Numbered from the stretch's first letter, positions 46,682 through 59,369 are shown. The stretch is DNA of 64,000 bases from Selaginella moellendorffii (GCF_000143415.4 NW_003314313.1:709430-773429); one strand, 5' to 3'. Translations and numbers: made by a program. The notes: generated by a model from the sequence alone, not told the origin.

Positions 46682-47314
46682 GGTTGTGATCAGGATGAAC
46701 TGGACACCGACTAGATGCGCAAGTCTAAGGGTTCTAGTCGCCTACTGCTTCGTCCACATACCACGAATCAGGTGTGAACTAGATTTAGTTTGTAAATTGT
46801 GGATGAAGGTTTCGGAAATACTTTGCTACAGTAGTAAATCAGGTTTCTCAAGTTGGTCACACTGGACTAATTGGAGGAAGTGTTCCTCTGTTTGATGAGG
46901 TAATTGGATATCTTTTAATTTTCCAAGAATGTTGCAATTTGATATATAATCAAGCAGATTATACTGAATCTCGGTGCCATGAACTCAACCCTTTGCTTTT
47001 GATGAGGTAAACCTTCTTCGTTTTTTAGTTTTCTGTTATTAATTGATCTTCAGTCACTCATAATAGATCAGTATTGTCATCCATTGCCTACTGAATGAAC
47101 TGTTCTATCTCCTCATCGAGATCACAAAGGCAGCGTTGTGTGCAGACGAAAGCTCACGCAATTCATTACAGCAGAAGCCCTAAATCCGTAAATAATCAGC
47201 ACTTCCTTGGTTTTTTTCTGATAAGCTTTCCCTTACTAGGTGCAATTGATGAAGAACATGAAGAAGCTCTTGGATCCTAAAAGCATTCTCAACCCTTACA
47301 ACGTTCTTGCGTAA
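46682..47314 (+). pseudogene. D2HGDH: D2HGDH pseudogene, duplicate copy
   Basis: Near-identical to 14365-14985. Confidence 0.8.
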
Positions 47315-48179
47315 TAGTCAGGAACTTTCAGACAAATCTTCGACAAATTCTGAAAATACATTTTTCTAAAAATCGATTTAAAAACAAGCTCAAATTGTCC
47401 TGAATGTTACTTAAAAAACATTTAAGTTTTTGGTCGCACCAAAATGGCAGCAGGACTTTTCCGGCCGCACCAGCTGTGCAACAGGAAAAATCCTGCCGCA
47501 CCTTCTAGCATCGACTTGGTGAGCGCATTCAGTGCCTTGGGCCGCACTCTTCTCCACCAGAATGAGAGGAGACACTCTTGATTGTTGATCCACTCACTAA
47601 TTCCTCAACTCACCTGGATGATCGGTCGACGCCTCCTCTAAGCGCGAATACAAATGCACCGCCATAGCCAGGCTTCTAAAATTAGGGCCTACTTATGTCT
47701 AATTCCCTGTATTTCCGGTTAAGCAGGTTTTACGGTTCTATACTTGGAATAATGTCACCAGGTAGGAATAAACCTATTCCCAGGTTCGAATCCTGGCAAC
47801 CCCCTAATTTTTTGTTTTAGTTTAGTTTAGCTGACTTCTCTCCAAGTCCGTGAATGCTTTTTGTTTAAATCGTATGAACGCTTTAAAATCGTATAGTTTA
47901 TCAATATTAATTTAGGGCAAGAGGCATGAAAATTTGACTTTGGTTTTAAGTTAAGGTACTTGGCTGCTATGACGGCGTCCTTGTGAGTCTTAGAGCTGAT
48001 AAAAGACAAGCCCATTCCAGTTCATCTGGCTGGTAAGGTATACTAAGCAGCAGAGCTTCAGCATCTCTCAAAGAACTCGCCCGCCCTAACAAATCGATCA
48101 TGCAGCAATAATGTAGGCTTCAGCCCGTGATCAAACATCAGACTCACAAAGCAAGACCTACCAGCCTCCAGCTTCCCGA

Positions 48180-49378
48180 TCCGGCTAAAGACAACAGAAA
48201 ACATGTCTCGTCCGGCAACTTGCTAAAGGTTTCCATGGCGTGCCTGGGATACCCGTTCTGGGAATACCCAGCCAGAAGCAATGCCTTTCCGGGTCATCTG
48301 CAGCTGAAATGCCGATGCTTGAGTCATATCTCCGACTTGGACATAAGTGGCCAGCATCGCCGTCCATGACACAGAGCTCCACTCGGGCATCATTTCAAAG
48401 ACGCGCTCCGATCCTTTGAGATCTCTACAGAAGCAGAACACACGAAATACGTCCCGCTGAGGCATCACACCGAAAATCTGACTAGCCTCGTCTGCGTGAT
48501 CGTTCCGGGCATACAACATTAGCATCGAGTTCCACGACACCAGATCCCGCTGCGGGGATTCCTCGAACACCGCCATCGCCTCCTCCACGCAATTCATCAT
48601 CCTGGTGTTCTACGCGGAAAGCATGACATTCCACGAAACCAGATCCCTCACCGGCAATTCGAAACGAAACATCTGTCTGTGGCTCTGTCCAGATGCCCAT
48701 TCCGGGCATATCCAGAAAGCATCCAGGCGGCCAGGTTCCAGTTTGCCGCGAACTCTCTACCCGGCCGTCGTTGTCAGGCGGAGCAGTTAAACTGGGAACG
48801 TAGGCAACGTTCCATACGGACTCTTCTCGGTTCACGTTCCAACGAGGGACGTGCAAATGCCGAGCACGAGTGTCCAGATTGAAGGCCACTGGTCGGTCCA
48901 ACAAGTGGAGAAAGAGCATGTTGTTAGCCCGTTTGCAAGGAAGCAGGTGATGGGGCTCCACGTTCCTGCACAAGCCTCTCACATCGATGCTGGACACAAT
49001 CGTCCACTCCAGCTGCTGCTCATCAGCTTCTTCATCGGCCGCCTCCACGATGATTATCCACTTTGGAGCGAAGCAAGGCCTTGCGAAGGGCACACCACCA
49101 GCGTGTTTCCCCACAACCACAATGCCTGCTGCCATCAGCTTGGACCGGTACATGAACGGGTCCAGCCTGCCATACACCGATCCCGCATCATCCGAACCTC
49201 CTTCCGGCGGCAGTGGGGGCAACGACTTGAAATGCCAAAACGCCCATGCGTCCCTTGCCCGGCTGTAGCCCCTGATTGTGTAGCCCAAACTCAATGAGTC
49301 GCAACAGGAGGCGTATTGCGCGTATTGCACGTCCACCTGAAAAAACACCCGGTAATTCGTGGTGGTTCTGGTTCGTGG
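48180..49378 (-). pseudogene. Fused F-box 3' fragment (49378-48770) and PPR fragment (48750-48180)
   Basis: Duplicates of 15630-16570. The PPR part is longer here (ERVFEMMPEWSSVSWTAMLATYVQVG). Confidence 0.75.
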
Positions 49379-49529
49379 GGCACCTGCCATCCTCGTTGCC
49401 AGCTTTGTCCCAATCGGGTCGAAGGAAATTGTCGAAGAGCCCTAAAAACTGTCGACTTTGATGATCTAAGGCGGTCTAGTGGAGGACTTCCTCTTCTAAA
49501 GGGCTCGCAAAGATACCGCTAGCTCCCAC

Positions 49530-50075
49530 CGATACCGAAACACCGTCCAGAGCCTCCACGCTTGCGCGGTATGTGGTAGCGTCATCGTCTACGTTTGTCA
49601 CTCACCGGTGGATGATTCTCTTTCCTTTGAGCGAAGAGATCGCGATGGAGGGATAGTTGAGATTGCTGGAAGCCATTTGTCGTTGTGTGAAACAGATGGT
49701 TTCAAGTTCGTGAAAGTGGAGACGTTTCGTATTTCCTGCCTCAATCCACACAGAAAGTTCGTGAATTCGGGTGCCTTGGCATTGTAGACGAGGCCCGGAT
49801 GAGCAGCCGCGTTTGGATTGATGTGGTCTCCACCGAAGGTGCCGGAGAGCAATGCTGCGTCTTTGATCGGCTCCCCAGAGTTATCAGTGACAAGAGAAAA
49901 GAATCGATTGTTTTCTTCTGGAAAGCACATAGTGTTACCTGTAGTTACGATTGCCGAATTGATAGCGGCTGGACTCCATTCGGGACGGTATGCCTTGAGC
50001 AGTGCAACGATCTCAGAGACATGCGGACAAGACATGGAAGTTCATAATACAATATTGCGTGTTGTTTGCGAAAGC
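49530..50075 (-). pseudogene. Subtilisin-like serine protease (subtilase) C-terminal fragment; further copies at ~53596-54102 (-) and ~58760-59270 (+)
   Basis: Catalytic-Ser motif [29 protein letters not shown], then [18 protein letters not shown] and the fibronectin-like 'IIHR.VTNV'. Confidence 0.85.
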
Positions 50076-50079
50076 GAGG

Positions 50080-50332
50080 TGGAGTTGCTGTGGGAGCATT
50101 ATATGTGCCTGGTGGATCTGCTGGCTGGGGACGCTGCCAGGACGCCGAGGAGCTCGTGGAGAGGATGCCGTTCGAGCAGTGCGTCACGGGCTGGACGACG
50201 CTGCTGAGCGGGTGCCGGATGCATGGCGACGTGGAGCGGGCGGAGCGCGCCGCGGAGATGGTGGGTGAGCTCGAGCCGGCGCGCAGTCCATCCTCATGCT
50301 TGGAGCTCTCGCAGAGAAGGACTGGGACATGA
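50080..50332 (+). pseudogene. PPR C-terminal (last repeat and E domain) fragment
   Basis: EHYMCLVDLL..DAEELVERMPFEQCVTGWTTLLSGCRMHGDVERAERAAE. Confidence 0.8.
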
Positions 50333-50689
50333 TGAGCTTGATCAAGCGACACCTCCAGTGAGGTGACGAGTTTCTTCTTTCTTCGAGGATTTAAAGCTTC
50401 CTTTTGTGGCATCGAGAAATCAGCCACTTGGGATGGAAAGCCATGGCTGCTACTGCTGCTGCTGCTCTGGGAGGCGAGATCTCGATGACCAACAAGACGA
50501 GGAGGAGGGAAATTTTTGCGGCTCGGTCATCAAATGCATCGCCCAAGTCGGGCAATCAGGCACTGTGCTGTTCGAAGGGCTCTCCAACTTACATTCAAGA
50601 GTTTGAGAGCCGGAGCAGCGCAGACGAGGTAACTCTTCCAGAGCTCGAGCGAGAGAACTTGACATTCCTTGTTTGTGCTGTTCCAGGTG

Positions 50690-51725
50690 AGAAGCGAGCG
50701 CCACGGTCGATCACGTCATCCGAAACGATCCCTCGCTCCTCCTCATGGTGGGCGATCTCACATACTCGGATCAATACATCACCAATGGCACTGGATCGCC
50801 CTGCTTTAGCTGTGCACTTCCAGACGCGCCAATCCGGGAGACTTATCATCCCCACTGGGATCACTAGGGGAGGTGAGAGAGAGAAAGACTATAAATCCGC
50901 AATCCAATCCCTGATTTCCTTGCTCCCAGATTCATGGAGGAGGTGCCAACCACGAGATCGAGCCCCAGGCATTGGGCAAAACATACAAGGCCAGGTTCTC
51001 GGTGCCTCCTGGATCGAATTCCAGCCTTTAGTTCTCGTTCGATGTCGGCGGCATCCACTTCCTGATGCTGGGAGGATCGCGTCAACAGGCTCCTCACGCC
51101 CTGGATCGTGGCATCCGCCGTGGTACAATAGCTACAGCTCCCACTACCGCGAGGTCGAGTGCATGCGTCTCGAAATGGAGGAGCTTCTCTACAATGCCGG
51201 CGTCGACATTGTCTTCAATGGCCATGTAAATCCCTCTCTCTTCTCGATCTCGACAGGAATCCTCGGTGTTCTTCCAGGTCCATGCCTTAGAACGAGAGTG
51301 GACACGGAGGACGCTGACGATCGCCCCAAGCCTGAGGACAACGTACCCCAATTCGGTGGAGTTTGTGCTCAAAACTTTGGCTCTGAGCCAGCGGCGAATC
51401 AATTCTGCTGGGACAGGCAGCCGGAATGGAGCGCGCTGCGAGATGGAAGCTTTGGTCACGGCCTATTGGAGGTAACCTCGAGAGTTCAACCTCTTGATTT
51501 TGCTCTTTTTCTCTTTAGGTGAAGAACAATACCCATGCCCTGTGGACGTGGTACCGCAACCAAGATGTGTATGGTGATAGTCACCTTGGAGACATTGTGA
51601 AATCACCGCAGTGCCGGAACTATCCTGCTTTCCAAGCTGACGAAAGATCGGGTGGAAACAGTGGAAGTCCCTCCAGGATCTTGGGAGCTCTAGCCATTTT
51701 GATGGCAACGCTTCTAGAATTTTGA
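50690..51725 (+). pseudogene. Purple acid phosphatase (PAP15/PAP23 phytase-like) pseudogene; inverted copy at ~55969-58250
   Basis: Metal-ligand motifs across frames: VGDLTYSD, ANHEIEP, HPPWYNSYSSHYREVECMR, VDIVFNGHVHA, SFGHGLLEV/KNNTHALWTWYRNQD. Confidence 0.85.
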
Positions 51726-52688
51726 AAGTGCAGAAGTTAATAAACATTAGCATATGAAAAGAATTATCGCGAGTGAATTCCAGTACAATTGGAGAGGGAA
51801 AAGCTAACTGGAAGTCTGGTTTCCAGCCATCCAGTCAAAACTGCCGCTTTGCATGTCGACGTGGCGGTTCTTCAGTGGTTGACATTTTCTCGGCAGCATA
51901 TATACGATATCAACACAAACGCTGATCATATCATCGGTCTCTCTTTGATAGATTATCTTTGCAAGAGGAACTCTAGATCATGTCTCGCGCACTAAGTTTT
52001 TTCTTCTTCTTCCTCTTGGTGGCTGCTACTGTGACCTCTCGGCCAGTGAAGAATGAAACAGGTACGCCTGTTCTTCAATCTCGATTGAATATGCCTCGCT
52101 TGGATTTGATGATCTCTGTGTTTCTTTTGAAACATCATGGTCCATGTCTGCACTCGCTTGCATGTGTGTCTGTCCAAGCACGTAACCTGATTCATACGTG
52201 ATTTAAACTTTTTGTCTTTTACAGTGATGGCTAAGATTGCTAATCAGCTGGATTGGTCGTCATTGTCCAATTCCACCCCAAAAATTGCCGAACCAGAGGT
52301 AAAATAATCCTGTATTTGAAGACAATATTCTTGACATGTATGATCGTGTGTTGTCAATCATCTTTGGTGATCAGGAGCAGCAAGCCCATGTTGACTACAT
52401 TTATGATTTTAATCCTTGATGAAACGGCACATTAATAAGGAGGGATCATAGGCTTTAAAATTCTCATAATATACCTTTAATATAAATCGATTTGTCTTTG
52501 TAGTATTTTCATTATACAAATTGAAAAAAAGTTGTACAAGTAATATTTTCCAGTCTGTCTTAAAAGCCCCACAACTTCCGTGAGTAAGTTTTATTGATCA
52601 GACGTGCCAAACAAGGAGAGATCATGTGGGAGATCACTCAGTTATTCATCTTTCATCATATGGATATAGTTTGATCATCCAAAAGGAT

Positions 52689-53117
52689 CTAGCAGCACTG
52701 GAGAACTCCCTCGACGTTCTGGATGCAATCGTCGAGGTTGCGAGTGGAAGAGACGAGAACGCCATCCCCGCGGTTGCAACGGGCAGCCACGTTGAGCCCA
52801 TTGAAGCTGATGTTGATGCATCGTGAGGCAAAGTTGGATGAGCAGTCGAGGACACCATTGCTGCTGCCCACGCAATTGTTCACATCGATGGAGGCGTTCC
52901 TCCTTTCCATATTGGATGTGCTGCAAATGGCTCTCATCACGGTCGAATTCCTGTCGAAGGTGATATCAGTGCAGGATCGAGAAAACTGGCAAGCCTGTAA
53001 GAGTAAGATATCCAAATTGTGAGCTTCTTGCGGGACAATCGAATGAGAGTTTCTTACCTGGGTGATGGAGAGGGTCGAGACCAGCATACACAGGAAGAAA
53101 ACCTCGCGAAATGCCAT
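52689..53117 (-). CDS. Secreted cyanovirin-N homolog (CVNH) lectin, 121 aa, 2 exons (53117-53058, 52994-52689)
   Basis: Signal peptide MAFREVFFLCMLVSTLSITQA and a 63-nt GTAAG...TTACAG intron. Two CVNH half-repeats: FSRSCTDITF..RAIC..ASIDVNNCVGSSNGVL and NFASRCINISF..ARC..SSTRNLDDCIQNVEGVL. Confidence 0.88.
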   Translation of the reverse strand: MAFREVFFLCMLVSTLSITQVRNSHSIVPQEAHNLDILLLQACQFSRSCTDITFDRNSTVMRAICSTSNMERRNASIDVNNCVGSSNGVLDCSSNFASRCINISFNGLNVAARCNRGDGVLVSSTRNLDDCIQNVEGVLQCC

Positions 53118-53199
53118 AATGAGATAGAACAAGAAATAACCAAGAAGAAAATGAGTAAACAACTTTAACTAGAGATGAGTTGAGCTCTGGAAAGGCCTT

Positions 53200-53209
53200 G
53201 TTTATATAG
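53200..53209 (-). promoter_or_regulatory. TATA box of the CVNH gene
   Basis: CTATATAAAC on the minus strand, ~85 nt upstream of the ATG. Confidence 0.6.
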
Positions 53210-54289
53210 TCCTGGGAGCGACGCTTATCTTGACGACTCAGCAGTAAATGACTCCACATTGCGGCTTGAATGCAAAATTTCTACGTCGACTACATTGCTA
53301 TACACGTAAATATTGAAATTTAGCTCAGTTTATGATTTTTCAACGTTCCAGCCAGCTATACACGGTGACATTTTTATGAGTTTGCGTGTTTCTTTTAATT
53401 TGCTAGACTATAAATGGGACCTTTTTGGGGCAAGACCGCTACGAAGAGACTCCAGGAGACATCGATTTCTACGTGCCCATAGATAGAATCGCGAAGATTA
53501 TCCAGTGTGTCCACACTGCTGGTAGACGTAAAATCGAAAAGCACATAAATTCCTCCAAAGATGAAGGATACTTTATCTTTGCAAGCCATTTAGAAGATAC
53601 CGGAGCCTCCACGCTTGTTGCTCGGTACGTGCTAGCGTCGTCGTCTACGTTTGTCACTCGCCGGTGGATGATCCTCTTTCCTTTGAGCGAAGAGATCGCG
53701 ATGGAGGGATAGTTGAGATTGCTGCGTCGTCGTGTGGAATAGATGGTTTCAAGTTTGCGAAAGTGGAGACGTTTCGTATTTCCTGCCTCAATCCACACAG
53801 AAAGTCCGTGCATTCGGGCGCCTTGGCATCGTAGACGAGGCCCGGATGAGCAGCCGCGTTTGGATTGATGTGGTCTCCACCGAAGGTGCCGGAGAGCAAT
53901 CCTGCGTCTTTGATCGGCTCCACAGAGTTATCAGTGAGAAAACCTGCTGCAAAACAAGAGAAAAGAATCGATTGTTTTCTTCTGGAAAGCACGTAGTGTT
54001 ACCTGTAGTTACGATTGCCGAATGCGGCTGGACTCCGGTATGCCTTGTCAGAGACATGCGGACAAGACATGGAAGTTCATAATATTGCGTATTGTTTGCG
54101 AAAGGTCTCCCACCAAGAAAAGGAAACCATAATGCGTATTGTCACTCCCATTCCTTGGTGGGAGACAAGGCTTTGAGTCCATGGGAATTTGATGTGGCTC
54201 TTCTTGGTGCGTTTTATACACAAACTCTTCAGGTCTCACGTCAACCAAGTCTTTCTTCTCTCTATGGCAGCCAGAGATTATTCTCAGGA

Positions 54290-54650
54290 ACCAAAGACGA
54301 GCTAAGCTCCGGCAGTGCACATTCTTATGTAACCTCTTGCTATCACTACATGCCCGGTTTGGGCACATTGACGAGGCGATCAAGGTCCTTCACTCGATTC
54401 AGGATCCCAATGTCTTCTCTTCGAAAATCCTGTTACGGGCCTTTTGCGATGACAATTGCGTTTCTGGGGAGGGAAAAACCTTTGATTCTTTACAGGAGAG
54501 GGTGGACTACGATGGTGATCGCATATGCCCGCATTGGGCATATTTTGCGGCAAAGTTTCTCTTCACGGGCCACGGCGCAACCAGGTGAAATGCCTCTCGT
54601 CCACCGCGAGGTCTTGTTCAACGGATGCTGTCCCAGGGACAAGTCAAATT
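54290..54650 (+). pseudogene. PPR gene fragment (related piece inverted at ~56350-56600)
   Basis: MLSLHARFGHIDEAIKVLHSIQDPNVFS and WTTMVIAYARIGH. Confidence 0.7.
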
Positions 54651-57194
54651 AATCTCAGTTGCTACTCGAGTACGTACTGCCGCACAGGTCACGTCGCTGG
54701 TTGGAATTCATGGTTTCGTGCCTCGAGATCTTCCTTGGAGAGGAAGTTTTTCGATGAAAAGTTCATCCTGCTAAACCCCAAGACGTTGGAGCTCACGTTG
54801 GCGACTGAAAGTCTTGACATGAAACCACTGGTGGACTTGACCAGTTGACTCTAGCTCGATCAAAGGAAAGACACCGAAAGAGATCTGGACTGCCAGACGA
54901 ACTAACAGAAGTAAGAAGCGAATGCTATCTCACAGGCATGGCAAGAAGCGTCTACTCGTTAAAGAAGTTTACGAATTGCTTAATTCCTGCTCGGCAGTGG
55001 ACAAGGGCTGCGAGCTTCGTGCAGATTCATGGTGGCGTGGATGAAACTGCAGCACAGCACGAGGAGAAGCCAAAATAATGTTTGATTGCTAAAAAGGATC
55101 AAATCTCAAAAACACAATGCTAGAAGCATCAAATTCATGATCACGGGCATTCTTTTTGTATTGTGAAGAACATTGCTCTTTCAATTTGCTTAGGACCACA
55201 AACTGCAACTCAAGTCCGTCCACACGGAAGAGCCATCCAGCAGGCTGTCATCCGTCCAATTAAGTAGCTGGTAAGATGCTTCGTTTTGGACTAATTGAGA
55301 AAACTCTCCGTTTTCCCCTTTTTTCCCAGTGGTATTTAGGTCATGTTTAGGGTTCATCGTTGAAAGACATAATTGGGTTGGCCCCTTGGCCGGTCCGGTC
55401 CACTCTGCCCAGGTAGAACGCTTCGCACCTCTCTCCACCAAGTTCGTTTAGGTAGGGCTTTTCTTTGCGTTAGCAATAAGAGAGTAGATTTGCTGGGGAC
55501 AAGAAAGCGAAGCTGCTTGCAACGAGCTAATCAACAATAAAAGAAGCCAGTGATAGTCAATACGTTCAAACAATTCAAAAAATCAAAGTCCTAAACAACG
55601 GGCCAAGGAACTCTCAACGTGAAGGGAAACTCACTGATGTGGACAACGCTGTGTGAATACGAACAAAACTAATGATCATTGAAAGTGAAGATACTTACTT
55701 AGTGCGCGAGACATGATCTAGAGTTCCTCTTGCAAAGAAAATCTATCAAAGAGAGACCGATGATATGATCAGCGTTTGTGTTGATATCGTATATATGCTG
55801 CCGAGAAAATGTCAACCACTGAAGAACCGCCACGTCGACATACAAAGCGGCAGTTTTGACTGGATGGCTGGAAACCAGACTTCCAGTTAGCTTTTCCCTC
55901 TCCAATTGTACTGGAATTCACTCGCGATAATTCTTTTCATATGCTAATGTTTATTAACTTCTGCACTTTCAAAATTCTAGAAGCGTTGCCATCAAAATGG
56001 CTAGAGCTCCCAAGATCCTGGAGGGACTTCCACTGTTTCCACCCGATCTTTCGTCAGCTTGGAAAGCAGGATAGTTCCGGCACTGCGGTGATTTCACAAT
56101 GTCTCCAAGGTGACTATCACCATGCACATCTTGGTTGCGGTACCACGTCCACAGGGCATGGGTATTGTTCTTCACCTAAAGAGAAAAAGAGCAAAATCAA
56201 GAGGTTGAACTCTCGAGGTTACCTCCAATAGGCCGTGACCAAAGCTTCCGTCTCGCAGGGCCGCAGGGCGCTCCATTCCGGCTGCCTGTCCCAGCAGAAT
56301 TGATTTGCCGCTGGCCCAGAGCCGAAGTTTTGAGCACAAACTCCACCGACGAGAGGCATTCCACCTGGTTGCGCGCGGCCCGTGAAGAGAAACTTTTCCG
56401 CGAAAGATGCCCAATCCGGGCATATGCGATCACCATCGTAGTCCAGGTCACCACGTCCCTCTCCTTCAGAGAATAAAAGGTTTTTCTCTCCTCAGAAACG
56501 CGACTGTCATCGCAAAAGGCCCCTAACAGGATTTTCAAGGAGAAGACATTGGAATTCTGGATCGAAACACCTTGACAATATGGCCAAATCGGGCAGCATT
56601 TGAGTTCTTATCGTCGTTGAGCAGCCTTCTTAATGACAAGAAATTAGAACAAATTGAAACACACTCAAACCTGAAGACGTTGTCCTCAGGCTTGGGGCAT
56701 TTCCCCGGATCGTCAGCGTGCTCCGTGTCCACTCTCTTTATATTGCCGCCATCGCCCACCACGATGTAGAGCGCGGGTCCAGCTCGTAAGTGTAACTCTG
56801 TTCTTCCTCTCATAGGGATGGACCTGGAAGAACACCGAGGATTCCTGTCGAGATCGAGAAGAGAGAGGGATTTACATGGCCATTGAGGACAATGTCGACG
56901 CCCGCATTGTAGAGAAGCTCCTCCATTTCGAGACGCATGCACTCGACGTCGCGGTAGTGGGAGCGGTAGCTATTGTACCACAGGAGCCTGTTGACGCGAT
57001 CCTCCCAGCATCAGGAAGTGGATGCCGCCGACATCAAACGAGTAATAAAGGCTGGAATTCGATCCAGGAGGCACCGAGAACCTGGCCTTGTACGTTTTGC
57101 CCAATGCCTGGGGCTCGATCTCGTGGTTGGCACCTCCTCCATGAATCTGGGAGCAAGGAAAACAGGGATTGGATTGCGGATTTATAGTCTTGCT

Positions 57195-58042
57195 TGTTAG
57201 CAGTGGAGAGACGCACACGAGGAGGAAGAACTCGCTGTATATTCAACTGTATATGGATGATACTTACTGCCACGTGGGCATAATCACATGCCACATCATC
57301 TCTACCTCTAACATTCTCATTCACGATCAAGCGGTTGATCCAAGTCTTAATCTAAGCCTGAATCATGCCTAGTTAGTCTAAGATGATGAGCATAGAGAGC
57401 TGGTGAGAAAATCATAAGAAAAACTCATCAATCAACCCAAAACTTGGTTCTTAGTCTTGAACTTGCTTGCACGCTCTTTGCTTTTTGCTATGGTTTCAAT
57501 CTTGCCACTAGCATGTGGTCTTGGCTGTGAACTGCCATGCTCCCACTTCTACTGCTACCAGGCACTTGAATCTCCATAAGCGTCTTTCCCAATTGCTAGA
57601 AATTCCTGCAAAGAATTGTTATGCAATGTTCTTGAATCTTGTTTGATCCAATTTTTAATGTGGGTTGCTGAAATTTCTCAATCTCCCACTGGCTTTATGC
57701 TCTGCTTGCTACAGCTTGCTGCTCAGCACATCTGCACGGCCTGGTGCCTTGATGCAACACCTCAACCATCTAATGCATCTAACAAAAGCTTCAACATTGC
57801 AAAAAAAGATTGCAATCAGGAGGCTCATCCTCCTCCTCATCACTGGCCTCCTGGTCAGCAAGTGCCATGCCCAGGATCAAGGAGCCAACTGCTCTAATAT
57901 CATGTTAGTAGCGGAGAGACGTGCACGAGGAGGAAGAACTTTCTCTCTGTACTCTCTATTGAACTGTATATGGATGGTACATATACATGAACTTACTGCC
58001 ACGTGGGCATAATTACATGCTACATCATCTCTACCTCTAACA
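57195..58042 (-). mobile_element. TRIM-like miniature LTR retrotransposon (848 bp; LTRs 57195-57313 and 57903-58042)
   Basis: Both LTRs are bounded by TGTTAG...CTAACA. Degenerate iMet PBS (TGATATTAGAGC, minus strand, 57891-57902). Flanks TTGCT/TTGCC give a 4/5 TSD. Absent from the left-arm copy of the same locus. Confidence 0.82.
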
Positions 58043-59369
58043 TTGCCTCCCCTAGTGATCCCAGTGGGGATGATAAGTCTCCCAGATTGGCATGTCTGGA
58101 AATGCACAGCTACAGCAGGGCGATCCAGTGCCATTGGTGATGAATTGATCCGAGTATGTGAGATCGCCCACCATGAGGAGGAGTGAGGGATCGTTTCAGA
58201 TGACGTGATCGACTGTGGCACTCGAGTTGTGAGTGAGTCCCAGATCATGGGAGCTCAAGATCTCCCTTCTCACCTAGAACAGCACAAACAAGCAATGTCA
58301 AGCTCGAGCTCGAGCTCTGGAAGAGTTACCTCGTCTGCGCTGCTCCGGCTCTCAAACTCTTGACTGTATGTTGGAGAGCTCTTCGAACAGCACAGTGCCT
58401 GATTGCCTGACTTGGGCGATGCATTTGATGGCCAAGCCGCGAAGACGTCCTCCTCCTCGTCTTGTTGGTCATCGAGATCTCGCCTACCAGAGCAGCAGCA
58501 GCAGCAGCAATAGTAGCCATGCCTTTGGCTAATTTCTCGATGCCACAAAAGGAAGTAATCCTCCTCGAAGACAGAAGAGAACTCTCAAACTCGGCGCGCT
58601 CCGCCCGCTCCACGTCGCCATGTATCCTGCACGCGTCATCCAGCCCGTGACGCACGGCTCGAACGGCATCCTCTCCACGAGCTTGGAGCCAGCCGCAGCG
58701 TCCCAGCAGATCCACCAGGCACATATAATGCTCCCACAGCAACTCCACCTCGCTTTGGCAAACAATAAGCGATATGGTATTATGAACTTCCATGTCTTGT
58801 CTGCATGACTCTGAGATCGTTGCACTCCTCAAGGGATACCGTCCTGAATGGAGTCCAGCCGCTATCAATTCGGCAATCGTAACTACAGGTAACACAATGT
58901 TCTTTCCAGAAGAAAACAATCGATTCTTTTCTCTTGGTTTGCAACAGGTTTTGTCACTGATAACTCTGGGGAGCCAATCAAAGACGCAGCATTGCTCTCC
59001 GGCACCTTCGGTGGAGACCACATCAATCCAAGCCTCGTCTACAATGCCAAGGCGCCCGAATTCACGGAGTTTCTGTGTGGATTGAGCCAGGAAATACGAA
59101 ACGTCTCCACTTTCGCAAACTTGAAACCATCTGTTCCACACGACGACGCATGGCTTCCAGCAATCTCTCCATCGGGATCTCTTCGCTCAAAGGAAAGAGG
59201 ATCATCCACTGGCGAGTGACAAACATAGACGACGACGCTACCATGTACCGAGCAAGTGGAGGCTCTGGACGGTGTTATCGTATCGGTGGGAGCTAGCGGT
59301 ATCTTTGCGAGCCGTTTATGTCAAGCGAGTCCTTCGCTAGAGACAGTTGACAGTTTTTAGGGCTCTTCT

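Larger units (their letters stand above)
42717..49395 (+). repeat. Segmental duplication copy 2 (direct repeat of ~10737-16583)
   Basis: Colinear with copy 1: protease gene, D2HGDH remnant, PPR and F-box fragments. Confidence 0.95.
49433..59368. repeat. Large inverted duplication: left arm ~49433-51997, right arm ~55697-59368, spacer ~3.7 kb
   Basis: Mirror-image ORFs, e.g. 51789..51995(+) vs 55699..55905(-), 51463..51753(-) vs 55941..56231(+), 49598..50035(-) vs 58792..59085(+). Confidence 0.93.

Noticed and set aside
50404-51522. 372-aa ORF as an intact purple acid phosphatase
   Set aside because: The metal-binding motifs lie in different frames, and introns and deletions are read through, so it is a pseudogene.
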